From: an uncultured Verrucomicrobiae bacterium | GTDB taxonomy: Bacteria > Verrucomicrobiota > Verrucomicrobiia > Chthoniobacterales > JAATET01 | Direction: 5' to 3' | Length of the DNA stretch: 64,000 nt | Assembly: GCA_963719495.1 (NCBI GenBank) | Contig: CAVRCI010000011.1 | Span: 128,001 to 192,000, forward strand | Shown: piece by piece, positions 38,154 to 46,880 of the stretch | Numbering within the stretch: position 1 is the stretch's first letter | Layout: each line of letters opens with the position of its first letter | Position numbers and translations under genes: made by a program | The notes under the pieces: generated by a model | Database searches by the model: none | Seen by the model: the letters and a program-made list of their open reading frames with translations, nothing else | What the model was told of the DNA's origin: nothing

Positions 38154-39262
38154 TCCGCGTCCTGCACGTCATCGACAGTTTGGACCTCGGTGGGGCGCAG
38201 ACGGCGCTGCTCAATTTGGTGAAATTCACCGATCCGGAGCGCTTCCAGCACGAGGTGGCCGCCATGCACGGGGACGGCTTTTTTGCCGCGGCGTTTCGCG
38301 GAATCGGCGTGCCGGTTCATTCCCTTTCGCGGCGAAAATGGCCTCCAGAATACCTCTGGCGGCTTCCGGGATTGCTCCGGCGGGGGCGGTTCGACGTCGT
38401 CCAATGCCACCTCTTCGGCGCGAACTGGATCGCCAAACCCATCGCCGCCCTCGCGCGCGTGCGGGTCATTTACCACCACGACCAGTGCAACGACGCCTTC
38501 CGGACGGATTCGCGGATTGCCACCTTCGTCGACGCGGCGTTCAACCGTCTCTCGACGCGCGTCCTGGCCGTCTCGCGGTCGGTCGAGCGTTTCGCCGTGG
38601 ACGTGGAAGGCGTCCCCGCCGAGCGCGTGACGTATCTGCCGAACAGCGTCGACCTCACGGTCTTCTCTCCGCCGTCGGAGGTCGAGCGCGCGGCGGCGCG
38701 GCGGCAATTCGGGCTCCCGGAGGCGGGGCTCGTGGTCGGCGCCGTGGGTCGCTTGGTTCATCAGAAAAACTTCGACCTCCTCATCGAGGCGATGCGCTCC
38801 GTGCTGGCGGATCGGGACGACGCGACACTCGCGATCTTCGGAGACGGGCCGGACGCGGCGAGCTTGCGCGGTCTCGCTGCGCCCATGGGGGGCCGAGTGC
38901 GGTTTCTCGGTCGCGTGATCGAGCGGCGGGCCGTGTATGCGGCTCTGGATTTGCTCGTGTTGCCGTCGCGGTTCGAAGGACTACCGATGACGGTGCTCGA
39001 AGCGATGGCGTCGGGTGTCCCGGTCATCGCCACGGCAGTCGACGGGATGATCGAACTCGTGGGGGGAGACCCACGCGCGGCCCGTCTCGTGCCGCCGGGT
39101 GACGTCGCGGGCCTTCGGGAAGCCGTGATCGAACTGCTGAGCGACCGGGACGCGAGGAGCGATCTCGCGGCGGCGGCGCTGCCGCTGGTGCGAACGACTT
39201 TCGATGCCCGGCGGCTGGCGGCACAGCTCGAGGCGCTTTACCAAAGCGATTTGGCGCGATGA
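38150..39262 (+). CDS. Glycosyltransferase family 4
   Basis: L..GGAQ, VGRL..QK, PSRFEGLPMTVLEAMASGVPVIAT. Confidence 0.92.
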   Translation: MIRVLHVIDSLDLGGAQTALLNLVKFTDPERFQHEVAAMHGDGFFAAAFRGIGVPVHSLSRRKWPPEYLWRLPGLLRRGRFDVVQCHLFGANWIAKPIAALARVRVIYHHDQCNDAFRTDSRIATFVDAAFNRLSTRVLAVSRSVERFAVDVEGVPAERVTYLPNSVDLTVFSPPSEVERAAARRQFGLPEAGLVVGAVGRLVHQKNFDLLIEAMRSVLADRDDATLAIFGDGPDAASLRGLAAPMGGRVRFLGRVIERRAVYAALDLLVLPSRFEGLPMTVLEAMASGVPVIATAVDGMIELVGGDPRAARLVPPGDVAGLREAVIELLSDRDARSDLAAAALPLVRTTFDARRLAAQLEALYQSDLAR

Positions 39263-39738
39263 GGCGGTCGCTTGGCGCGCTCTTGTCTTTGCTCGTCGCA
39301 GGCTGCGCCGGAGTGAATTTTCTTCCGGGCGAGGAACCGATTTCCCTCGTCGTCCGCGGCGGGGCTCCGTTTTGGACCTACGGCCCCCAGCAAGCCGGCG
39401 GCCCGAATGAGCGTTTGACGCTTGGCGACCAAATTGCGGTTTTGCGCTGGGAATATGGATTCAGTCGAGTCCAGTTGGAGTCCGGTGCGACCGGATACGT
39501 CGCCAACGAAGACATCGAACCCGCCCCACCCGGGACTCCCCGGCGAATCGCGGTCTCGAACGTCGCGGCACCCCGCCCGCGCGGGCGACCGGTCGACCCG
39601 ATCCCGGCCGCGGTCGAGAATCCCGACCAACCTTCCCGCCCCCGCTACGAGGGCCCGATCGTCGACGACGCCCCGCTCCCGATGCCGGACCCCGACCTCG
39701 ACACCGCCCCGCCGGATGCGCCAGGTGAGTTGTTTTAG
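39259..39738 (+). CDS. Lipoprotein with SH3b-like domain
   Basis: Lipobox VAGC; GFSRVQLESGATGYVANEDI; Pro-rich tail. Confidence 0.7.
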   Translation: MRRSLGALLSLLVAGCAGVNFLPGEEPISLVVRGGAPFWTYGPQQAGGPNERLTLGDQIAVLRWEYGFSRVQLESGATGYVANEDIEPAPPGTPRRIAVSNVAAPRPRGRPVDPIPAAVENPDQPSRPRYEGPIVDDAPLPMPDPDLDTAPPDAPGELF

Positions 39739-39777
39739 CCAGGGGGGAAAAAATCGCCACCCGCAGCGCTGCATCGA

Positions 39778-40101
39778 GGCAAAACTGAACCAATGAACGG
39801 ACTGACCCCTTCGACCGCCAGCGTTGATCGAAAAGACCCCGGTTGCCAATGATCTCGCGCGGGACGGCCTCCAAGCCGTCCTCACCTCCTTGCGCTCTTA
39901 ACCGAAAACCCGCTCAAAACAGTGCCATTCCGGACCCCTTCGACAGTCGCGGCAAAATTGAACCAATGCACGGACTGACCCCTTCGACCGTGCCGAGAAT
40001 GGGTTCCGTTTAGAAAATTGAACCAATGAACGGACTGACCCCTTTGGCGTTTAGAAAATTGAACCAATGAACGGACTGACCCCTTTGGCTGACCCCTTTG
40101 G
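39778..40101 (+). repeat. Left cluster of repeat family B (AAAAYTGAACCAATGMACGGACTGACCCC)
   Basis: Copies at about 39781, 39954, 40014 and 40055 (last two form a 41-bp tandem), a variant at about 39916-39940, and a 13-bp terminal stutter. Confidence 0.92.
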
Positions 40102-40195
40102 CAATGAAACGAACTTGTCACAGTGGGAATGTTGCTGAGCAAAGTGGCGTCCAAGAGTGTTCGTGAGCGGTCAGCGATCCGGTAGGGTCCGAACG

Positions 40196-40211
40196 TGGCA
40201 TGCCTTCTGCT
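40196..40211 (+). promoter_or_regulatory. Putative sigma-54 promoter
   Basis: TGGCATGCCTTCTGCT = GG-N10-GC, about 50 bp upstream of the PEP-CTERM gene. Confidence 0.55.
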
Positions 40212-40258
40212 GATCTCGGGACAAACACGAAACGCGAAAATTCAACCAAACAAACTAA

Positions 40259-40993
40259 ATGACCAAAACACTACTCACAGCAGCCTCCACATTGATTCTT
40301 GCAGCCAGCGGATTACAAGCCCAACTCGTTGCTTTCTCAGGTTTTGAAGCTTCGGGCGATACTTGGGCGGGCGTCTCCGTCTCCGGGACAAACAGCTCCT
40401 TCTCCACTTCACCTGGTTCAAGTGATTCCCCAGCAAACCAGCGAATTCTCGAAGGTAGCCGCTCATGGCAGACTAATGACGGCACTGGAACCGTGAATTT
40501 CGATGCGCTCGATCTGTCGGCCTTTGCGGGGCGATCTTTCGTATTGACTCTACAACTCTCCTCGACGTCAGGCTCTTCTGGGAACGGAGCCGACGTTTCT
40601 GACTACGTCCGCGCCTTCGTAGCCTTGAATGGAGCGGGGTTTTTGGCTAACACGGAGTCAAATGCAGACATCAACTTGTTTGGAAATTCTAACGCCCGCT
40701 GGGGTTACGGATCAGATTTGACGGCGTCGACAGCCGCTGGGACCTCAGCCTCGTTTAGCGCTCCACAGGGTGGAACGAGACCGGAAAATTACTCGACTTT
40801 CTCGATCACAGCTCCAGCCGGGACGACTAGTTTCGACCTACGTCTCATTGCCCTCAACAACAGTAACAATGAATACTGGAACGTCGACAGCGTTTCGCTC
40901 ACAGCCGTCCCTGAGCCGCACCAGTACGCTTTGGGCATTGGTGCTTTGGTCGTTCTCGTGGCGTTCGCTCGCCGCCGCCGACTTTCTGCCTGA
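40259..40993 (+). CDS. PEP-CTERM sorting domain surface protein
   Basis: Signal peptide; C-terminal VPEP, TM helix and RRRR; visibly lower GC than neighbours. Confidence 0.92.
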   Translation: MTKTLLTAASTLILAASGLQAQLVAFSGFEASGDTWAGVSVSGTNSSFSTSPGSSDSPANQRILEGSRSWQTNDGTGTVNFDALDLSAFAGRSFVLTLQLSSTSGSSGNGADVSDYVRAFVALNGAGFLANTESNADINLFGNSNARWGYGSDLTASTAAGTSASFSAPQGGTRPENYSTFSITAPAGTTSFDLRLIALNNSNNEYWNVDSVSLTAVPEPHQYALGIGALVVLVAFARRRRLSA

Positions 40994-41015
40994 ACCGCAA
41001 CCTTACCGACTTTGG

Positions 41016-41049
41016 AAAACCCGCGGGGCGTAAGCCTCGCGGGTTTTTT
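41016..41049 (+). terminator. Rho-independent terminator
   Basis: AAAACCCGCGGGGC-GTAA-GCCTCGCGGGTTTTTT after the PEP-CTERM stop. Confidence 0.85.
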
Positions 41050-41055
41050 GCGTCC

Positions 41056-41289
41056 GTCGAAGGGGTCATCGAAGGTCAAAGTCAAATCAAAGGGGTCAGT
41101 CCGGAATGGCGCTGTTTTAAGCCGATTTTCGGGGGGAAAAGATGGAGACGAAGGGGTCAGTCCGGAATGGCACTGCATTAAGCGAAGGATCGGGATTTGC
41201 CGCGGTGAGGGATTTCTTGGTAGAGAGCGCGAGGAGCGGTGAGATAACTGAAGTTTTTAAAAAAGGGGTCAGTCCGTTCATTGGTTCAG
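41056..41289 (-). repeat. Inverted cluster of repeat family B upstream of RAYT2
   Basis: AGGGGTCAGTCCGGAATGGC at about 41091 and 41152; AGGGGTCAGTCCGTTCATTGGTTCAG at 41264-41289; partial copy at 41056. Confidence 0.9.
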
Positions 41290-41330
41290 AAACGGATTGA
41301 CGGTTGGGACGCTGGTTCGGAGAAGGGCGG

Positions 41331-42329
41331 ATGCCGAGAGCCGTTCGAGTTGAATATGTCGATGCCGTCTATCACGTGATTTGCCGAGGTGATCGGCGGG
41401 AGGCGATTTTCAAGGATGACCGGGATCGGCGAACTTTCTTGAAGACCCTCGCGGAGGTTTGTGAACGAACAGGATGGAGAGTTCGTAGTTACGTGCTGAT
41501 GGACAACCATTACCATCTACTCCTCCACACGCCTGAGCCGAATTTGGTTCGGGGGATGCAGTGGTTTCAAGGGACGTATACGGCGAGATCGAATGCGCGG
41601 CACTGCGAGCGGGGACACCTATTTCAGGGCCGCTACAAAGCGATTCCGATCGAGAGCGAAGCTGGGAGCTACGGGCGAACGGTTAGCGATTACATTCATT
41701 TGAATCCGGCGAGAGCGCGGGTCGTCGACTTCTCCGTGGGCCGACTAGCCGACTACCAATGGAGTAGCTTTCCCCGACTGATCGAGGGAGAAGACTTGCC
41801 AGTTTGGCTCGATCCTGGGGCCGCTATGGCTTCGCACGGATGGTCGTTTCTGGCGGCGCCGGATCGGGCGGCCTACGCAGACTACTTGGAAAGTCGGAGT
41901 AGAGAGGTCGCAGAAAACGAAGGGAATGACGAGCAAAGGACCGAGGTGAAGCGTCGATGGTTTTTGGGAAGCGAAACGTTTCGCGAGAAATTGACGCAGC
42001 TCGCCGCCGAAACGGTGGCAGCGGGTAAGCCAGATTCTTTCGAGCCGCAATCGAGCCAATCTCACGACGAAGATGCGGCGACTCGTCTTTTATCCGAAGG
42101 AATGAAGCGACTTGATCTATCGCCGGAGGTGCTGGCCCGTCTACGCCCAAGCGATCCGCTCGTCCAAGGTTTGATCTGGTCGATCAAGACGCGGACGGTC
42201 ATGGGCGACGAATGGGTGGCTGATCAGATCGGGTGCGGTCACCGAAGTAACATTGGGCGAGCTGTCCGTCGATTTCGGTCGAGCGAAGAAGACTTGGTTC
42301 GGAAGATACGTGAAAAACTGAACCAATGA
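41331..42329 (+). mobile_element. Long-type Y1 HUH transposase (RAYT2) with C-terminal extension
   Basis: MPR..R.EY..AVYHV..RG.RRE.IF.DD.DR, YVLMDNHYHLL (HUH), GHLFQGRYKA, DYIHLNP, YQWSS. Confidence 0.9.
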
Positions 42330-42445
42330 ACGGACTGACCCCTCTGGGTGATAAAAAACTGAACCAATGAACGGACTGACCCCTCTGGGTGATGAAAAAC
42401 TGAACCAATGAACGGACTGACCCCTCTGGTGACCCCTCTGGGTGA
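42311..42445 (+). repeat. Right array of repeat family B: 41-bp unit x3 plus 12-bp stutter
   Basis: CTGAACCAATGAACGGACTGACCCCTCTGG at 42318, 42359 and 42400; TGACCCCTCTGG duplicated. Confidence 0.95.
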
Positions 42446-43384
42446 CTACGCCCGGCGGCAGAGCTCTTGAGCGGCTTCGGGCCAGGTGGGGTGTTGGAAT
42501 GCGAAGCCGCTGGTGGTGAGGTGGCCGGGGGTGACGGTGCGGCTCTTGAGGATGAGCTCGGTTTCGGTGCGGAGGGCGCGGGCTCCGAGTTCGAGCATCC
42601 ATTCCGTCGCAGGGAGGCCGATGGGGACGCCGGTGGCCCGGCGGAGGGCTCGCATGAAGGCGGCGTTGGGGAGGGGATTCGGCGCGGCGAGGTTGATGGG
42701 GCCGGCAAGATTTTCGTGGTCGATGATCCAGCGGGTGGCGGCGATGAAGTCATCTTCGTGGATCCAGGAGACCATTTGGTTGCCGTCTGCGGCGCGTCCG
42801 CCGAGGCCGAGGCGGACGAGATTGCGCAGCACGTCGAAGGCTCCGCCCCGATCGGGGCTCATGACGATGGCGGAGCGGAGGAGGACCTTCCGGGTGCGCG
42901 GGGTTTCGACCTCGTGGGTGGCGCGCTCCCACGCGTTGGCGACGTCGAGGCTGAAGCGCCAGGTGTCGGGGAGATTGGGCTCGTCGCCGCCGAGGATGCC
43001 GGTGGCTTCGTCGTTCGGGGCGTCGTAACGGTGGGCGTAAATCGTGGCGGTGCTGGATTGGAGCCAGATGCGGGGTGGGGTGCTGGCTTTGGCGATGGCC
43101 TCGCCGAGGATGCGGGTGGATTGGACTCGGCTGTCCAGGATGAGGCGGCGGTTGGTGGGGTGGTAGCGGCAGTTGACGCTGCGGCCGGCGAGGCCGATGA
43201 CGACGTCGGCGGATTCGAGTTCGGTTGTCCACGGGCCAAGGGTCTGGGCGTCCCATTGGGTCATTCGCCAGGGGGCGGGGCGGGGTGAGCGGCTGAGGAC
43301 GATGACTTCGTCGCCGAGGTCGTGGTAGGCGCGGGCGAGGAGGGTGCCGACTTGGCCGGTGCCGCCGGCTAGGATGATTTTCAT
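42446..43384 (-). CDS. TIGR01777 family NAD-dependent epimerase-like protein
   Basis: GGTGQVG, LAGRSV.CRY, DSRVQST, Q.VSWIH..D, F.F..P.W. Confidence 0.88.
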   Translation of the reverse strand: MKIILAGGTGQVGTLLARAYHDLGDEVIVLSRSPRPAPWRMTQWDAQTLGPWTTELESADVVIGLAGRSVNCRYHPTNRRLILDSRVQSTRILGEAIAKASTPPRIWLQSSTATIYAHRYDAPNDEATGILGGDEPNLPDTWRFSLDVANAWERATHEVETPRTRKVLLRSAIVMSPDRGGAFDVLRNLVRLGLGGRAADGNQMVSWIHEDDFIAATRWIIDHENLAGPINLAAPNPLPNAAFMRALRRATGVPIGLPATEWMLELGARALRTETELILKSRTVTPGHLTTSGFAFQHPTWPEAAQELCRRA

Positions 43385-43663
43385 GGGGTTGATTTTCTCA
43401 CGCAGAGGCGCGGGGGCGCGAAGGAAATACGAATGCGAATACGGTTCTCACGCCGAAGGGCGAGACACTGGAACCGACGGGGGTCGAGCGAAAGCACCTG
43501 CCGATAGGCAGCCCGAAGGGCGGAGCCGTGGGAACAGCTACGGTAACCGGGAGTGAGCGAGTCATCCGCAGAGGCGAGTCGGGTGAGGGGACCGTTGGGT
43601 GTCGACACCGATCTGGGTGAGGAAGGACATCGTTCCCCGTGGCCAACCTCTGGGAGACGAAAT

Positions 43664-43691
43664 GGGAACCCGGCGGCGCGGCTTCCCTACC
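43664..43691 (-). repeat. REP family C (GTAG-type) single copy overlapping the tyrS stop
   Basis: Reverse complement GGTAGGGAAGCCGCGCCGCCGGG matches the arm at about 47213. Confidence 0.8.
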
Positions 43692-44859
43692 CTTGCCCGA
43701 TGCGGACGGCTCGCTTTTTGTCGAGTTTGAGGGTGCCGGGTTCGGTTGGGTCGAAGGTCGCTTTGGGATCGGTGATCTTTTCTTCCTGCCATTGGATGCT
43801 GCCGCCTTCGACGAGGCGGCGGGCTTCGCTGCGGGTGCGGGTCGTCTGGAAGCAGGTGGCGTAGGCGGCTACGACGATCGAGACGATGTCGCTGGCTTGC
43901 GGGTCGATGGTGAAGTCGGGGAGGTCGGCGCTGGCGAGATCGCGCTGGCTGAAGCGGGTGTTGAAATCGTCGAAAGCGGACTGAGCGGCGTCGGCGGAGT
44001 GGAAGCGGGTGACGAGCCGGCGGGCGAGGGATTTCTTCGCGTCCATGGGGTGGGCGCTGGCGTCGAGGGGTTCGGCGAGGAGGAGGTTGTAGTAATTGGG
44101 CATCACCGCGTCGGGGATGCTCATGATCTTGCCGAACATGTCGTTGGGGGCGTCGTTCACTCCGATGGAATTGCCGAGGCTCTTGCTCATCTTTTTGACG
44201 CCGTCGACGCCTTCGAGGATGGGGAGGAGCATGGCGACCTGCTGCGGTTGGTTCTCGTCCTTCTGGAGGTCGCGGCCGACGAGGATGTTGAAGAGCTGGT
44301 CGGTGCCGCCGAGCTCGACGTCGGCCTGGATCATGACGGAATCCCAGCCTTGCATGATGGGATACTGGATCTCGTGGGCGCGGACGGGCTGGCCGGCGTC
44401 GAGGCGGTCGCGGAAGTCTTCGCGCTGGAGCATTTGTTGGAGGGTGACGCGGCTGTTGAGGCGAATGACCTCCTCGAAGGCCATCATCTCGAACCATTCG
44501 CCGTTGAAGACGACCTTGCAGCGGTCGGTGTCGAGGATTTTGAAGGCCTGCTCCTGGTAGGTGCGGGCGTTGGCGAGAACGTCTTGGTGGGTGAGTTGGG
44601 GCCGGGTGACGGAGCGGCCGCTGGGGTCGCCGATCATGGCGGTGAAGTCGCCGATGATGAGGATGGCTTGGTGGCCGAGGTCTTGAAATTGCCGGAGCTT
44701 GGTGAGGCCGACGGTGTGTCCGAGGTGGATGTCGGGGGCGGTGGGATCGACGCCGAGCTTGATGCGGAGCGGGCGGTCCTCGGCGAGTTTCTTGCGGAGC
44801 TCGGCCTCGGTGGTGACCTGGGCGCAATTGGCGGCGAGGACGGAGAATGGGTCGGACAT
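43687..44859 (-). CDS. tyrS: Tyrosine--tRNA ligase
   Basis: KLGVDPTAPDIHLGH, IGDPSG, ELGGTDQLFN, KMSKS, C-terminal S4 domain. Confidence 0.97.
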   Translation of the reverse strand: MSDPFSVLAANCAQVTTEAELRKKLAEDRPLRIKLGVDPTAPDIHLGHTVGLTKLRQFQDLGHQAILIIGDFTAMIGDPSGRSVTRPQLTHQDVLANARTYQEQAFKILDTDRCKVVFNGEWFEMMAFEEVIRLNSRVTLQQMLQREDFRDRLDAGQPVRAHEIQYPIMQGWDSVMIQADVELGGTDQLFNILVGRDLQKDENQPQQVAMLLPILEGVDGVKKMSKSLGNSIGVNDAPNDMFGKIMSIPDAVMPNYYNLLLAEPLDASAHPMDAKKSLARRLVTRFHSADAAQSAFDDFNTRFSQRDLASADLPDFTIDPQASDIVSIVVAAYATCFQTTRTRSEARRLVEGGSIQWQEEKITDPKATFDPTEPGTLKLDKKRAVRIGQG

Positions 44860-44875
44860 CCGGGCGGTGAGTTTT

Positions 44876-45442
44876 TTACTGCGTATCCTGGCCTTTGTTC
44901 AGGAGTGCGCGGACGTCTTCGATGGAAAGGTCCTGCGAGAGGTTGTTGACGAAGCCCTGCATCTCCTGAGTGGAGTCACTCTGGCGGGAGCGGGGGTCGA
45001 AGACGGCGAATTCGCGGGGTTCGAGCGCGGTCGGGACGCGGGTCTCGGCGAGCCTGCTCTCGTCTTCGCCGGTCTCGTAGGACTTCGCCAGGAAGTCGGC
45101 GGTGCTGAAGGTCTTGTCGGCACTGCCGTCGGACTTCTGGGAAAGTTTGTCGGTGGGGGCGTCGAAGATCTTGTTGCCGAACCACGGGTTTTTCACGCCG
45201 AAGAAGGAGCGCGTGGTGTAGTCCTTCGTCTCGGCGGGTTTGACTCCGTCGAAGGTGGCCGATTGGAATTCCTCGGAGGCGAAGCGGTTGGTCCCGCCGA
45301 ATTGCTTGTTCTGCATCGGATCGGTCTCGTCGGTCTTGCTCTTGGAGAAGATGCGCTCGAGGAGGCCTTCCTCCTGCTCCTGGGCTGCGGCGGTCCCGAC
45401 GACGAACGCGGCGGCGAGAATGGCGGCTAGGAAGGGTTTCAT
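44876..45442 (-). CDS. Exported hypothetical protein
   Basis: Signal peptide MKPFLAAILAAAFVVGTAAA; co-oriented with tyrS. Confidence 0.65.
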   Translation of the reverse strand: MKPFLAAILAAAFVVGTAAAQEQEEGLLERIFSKSKTDETDPMQNKQFGGTNRFASEEFQSATFDGVKPAETKDYTTRSFFGVKNPWFGNKIFDAPTDKLSQKSDGSADKTFSTADFLAKSYETGEDESRLAETRVPTALEPREFAVFDPRSRQSDSTQEMQGFVNNLSQDLSIEDVRALLNKGQDTQ

Positions 45443-45513
45443 GGCGGGTCGCCAGTATGCGTCGCGGGCTGGGAGTTTCAAGTGCCGCGATCCTTTCTGC
45501 GATCCTTTCGGGA

Positions 45514-46056
45514 TCAGCTATGCAGCGCGGCGTCGAGCAGCTTCCGGCGGCGGGTGTGTTCCGCGTCGTCGAGGGCGGGGGTGAAGTGGGATGCGGGCGG
45601 CTCGGGCATCTCGACCCAGGAGCGGCAGCCGCCGTAGCGTTTTTCGAGTGGGAGCGTGAACGATGGCTCGAGGCGGTGGGCGCGGACGAAGGCGACGTGG
45701 ACGCCCTCGGCTTGGTCGTAGTGGAAACGCTCCTCGACGACGGAATCGCGGAGAACGTGCAGGTCGGCGAGGCGCCGGGCGGCGGCGAGGTCGGTGACGA
45801 GTCCGGTCCATTCGACGGTGCCGGCGAATTGAAGGGTGATCTCGTCGGTGGGCGCGGGCGGGACGATCGTGTCGGCGGGGAGGGTCGTGCTGGCGACCTG
45901 CTCGTGGAACCACGTCGGGAAAAGCAGGAATCGGTCGTGCTTGAACTCGAAGCCGGCCCGTCCCTCGGCGATGCCGCCCTTGCGGATGAGAACGCTTTGC
46001 CGACCCGCGCCGAGGGCGTCGCAGACGACGGCCCACTCTTTAAATGCCATGATCAT
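45514..46056 (-). CDS. DUF1802 family protein
   Basis: AFKEWAVVC.AL..G.Q...IRKGGI.EG, FPT.FHE, YGGC.SWV. Confidence 0.88.
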   Translation of the reverse strand: MIMAFKEWAVVCDALGAGRQSVLIRKGGIAEGRAGFEFKHDRFLLFPTWFHEQVASTTLPADTIVPPAPTDEITLQFAGTVEWTGLVTDLAAARRLADLHVLRDSVVEERFHYDQAEGVHVAFVRAHRLEPSFTLPLEKRYGGCRSWVEMPEPPASHFTPALDDAEHTRRRKLLDAALHS

Positions 46057-46116
46057 AAGTGTTGCGAGGTTGATTCGGTCTTTGCCGCGCGGGAAGGGGA
46101 AACGGTAAAAGCGGCG

Positions 46117-46815
46117 ATGCGATACCGCTTCGACCTGCACGTGCATTCGTTTTTTTCGTCCGACGCGGCGAGTTCGCCGGAGTCCTTGGTGGCGGCGGCG
46201 AAGAAGCGGGGCTTGGATGGGATCGCGATCACGGATCACAACTCGTGCCGGGCGGGCGCGTATTGTCTCGAGAAGGGACTCATGAACGCGGACGGCACGG
46301 CGGTGGATGGCTTTCTCATCGTGCCCGGCGTCGAGGTTTCGACGGCGGACGGGCATTTGCTGTGCATCGGAGTGACGCTGCCGGACATGATCGGCGTGCC
46401 GGCGGTCGAGGTGGAACGGGCCGTGCTCGCGCAGGGGGGCGTGGCGATTCCGGCGCATCCTTTCGACCGGTGGCGGGCGGGGATTCGGCCCGAGGTGCTG
46501 AGGACTCTGCGGACTCCGGTGATCGAGGTGTTCAACGCGGCGGTGACGGCGCGGGGGTTCAATCACCAGGCCTTGGCCCACGCGAGCGAGCGGGGTCTCG
46601 TCGGGACGGCGGCCAGTGACGCCCACCACGCGTCGGCGGTCGGGACGGCGGTGACGAGTTTTGAAATGGAGGATCTCAGCGTGGCGGAGCTGCTGCGCGC
46701 GATTCCGAAGGGCGGCGAGCGGGAGGAGCGGTATCTCACGCGGGTCGAGGGCTTCAAGAAGCACTTTGGAAATTGGTTCCGGGTCTTCAATCCCGCACCG
46801 CGTCCGGCGCGGTAG
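46117..46815 (+). CDS. PHP domain phosphoesterase
   Basis: DLHVHS..S.D, AITDHN, GVEVST..GH, AHPF, SDAH. Confidence 0.88.
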   Translation: MRYRFDLHVHSFFSSDAASSPESLVAAAKKRGLDGIAITDHNSCRAGAYCLEKGLMNADGTAVDGFLIVPGVEVSTADGHLLCIGVTLPDMIGVPAVEVERAVLAQGGVAIPAHPFDRWRAGIRPEVLRTLRTPVIEVFNAAVTARGFNHQALAHASERGLVGTAASDAHHASAVGTAVTSFEMEDLSVAELLRAIPKGGEREERYLTRVEGFKKHFGNWFRVFNPAPRPAR

Positions 46816-46880
46816 GCTCGCGCCGTAGCTCGGGTGTGCCGGAGTATTTTCGATTGAGGCAGGCCGCTGGGGAGGTCGGG

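Noticed and set aside
25510..42329. Calling the two Y1 transposases IS200/IS605 elements
   Set aside because: No tnpB partner, and the motifs and multi-copy flanking repeats fit RAYT-type proteins better
39778..42445. CRISPR array interpretation of the 29-30-bp repeats
   Set aside because: Spacers in the tandem parts are about 11-12 bp and essentially identical, copies occur in both orientations, and there are no cas genes
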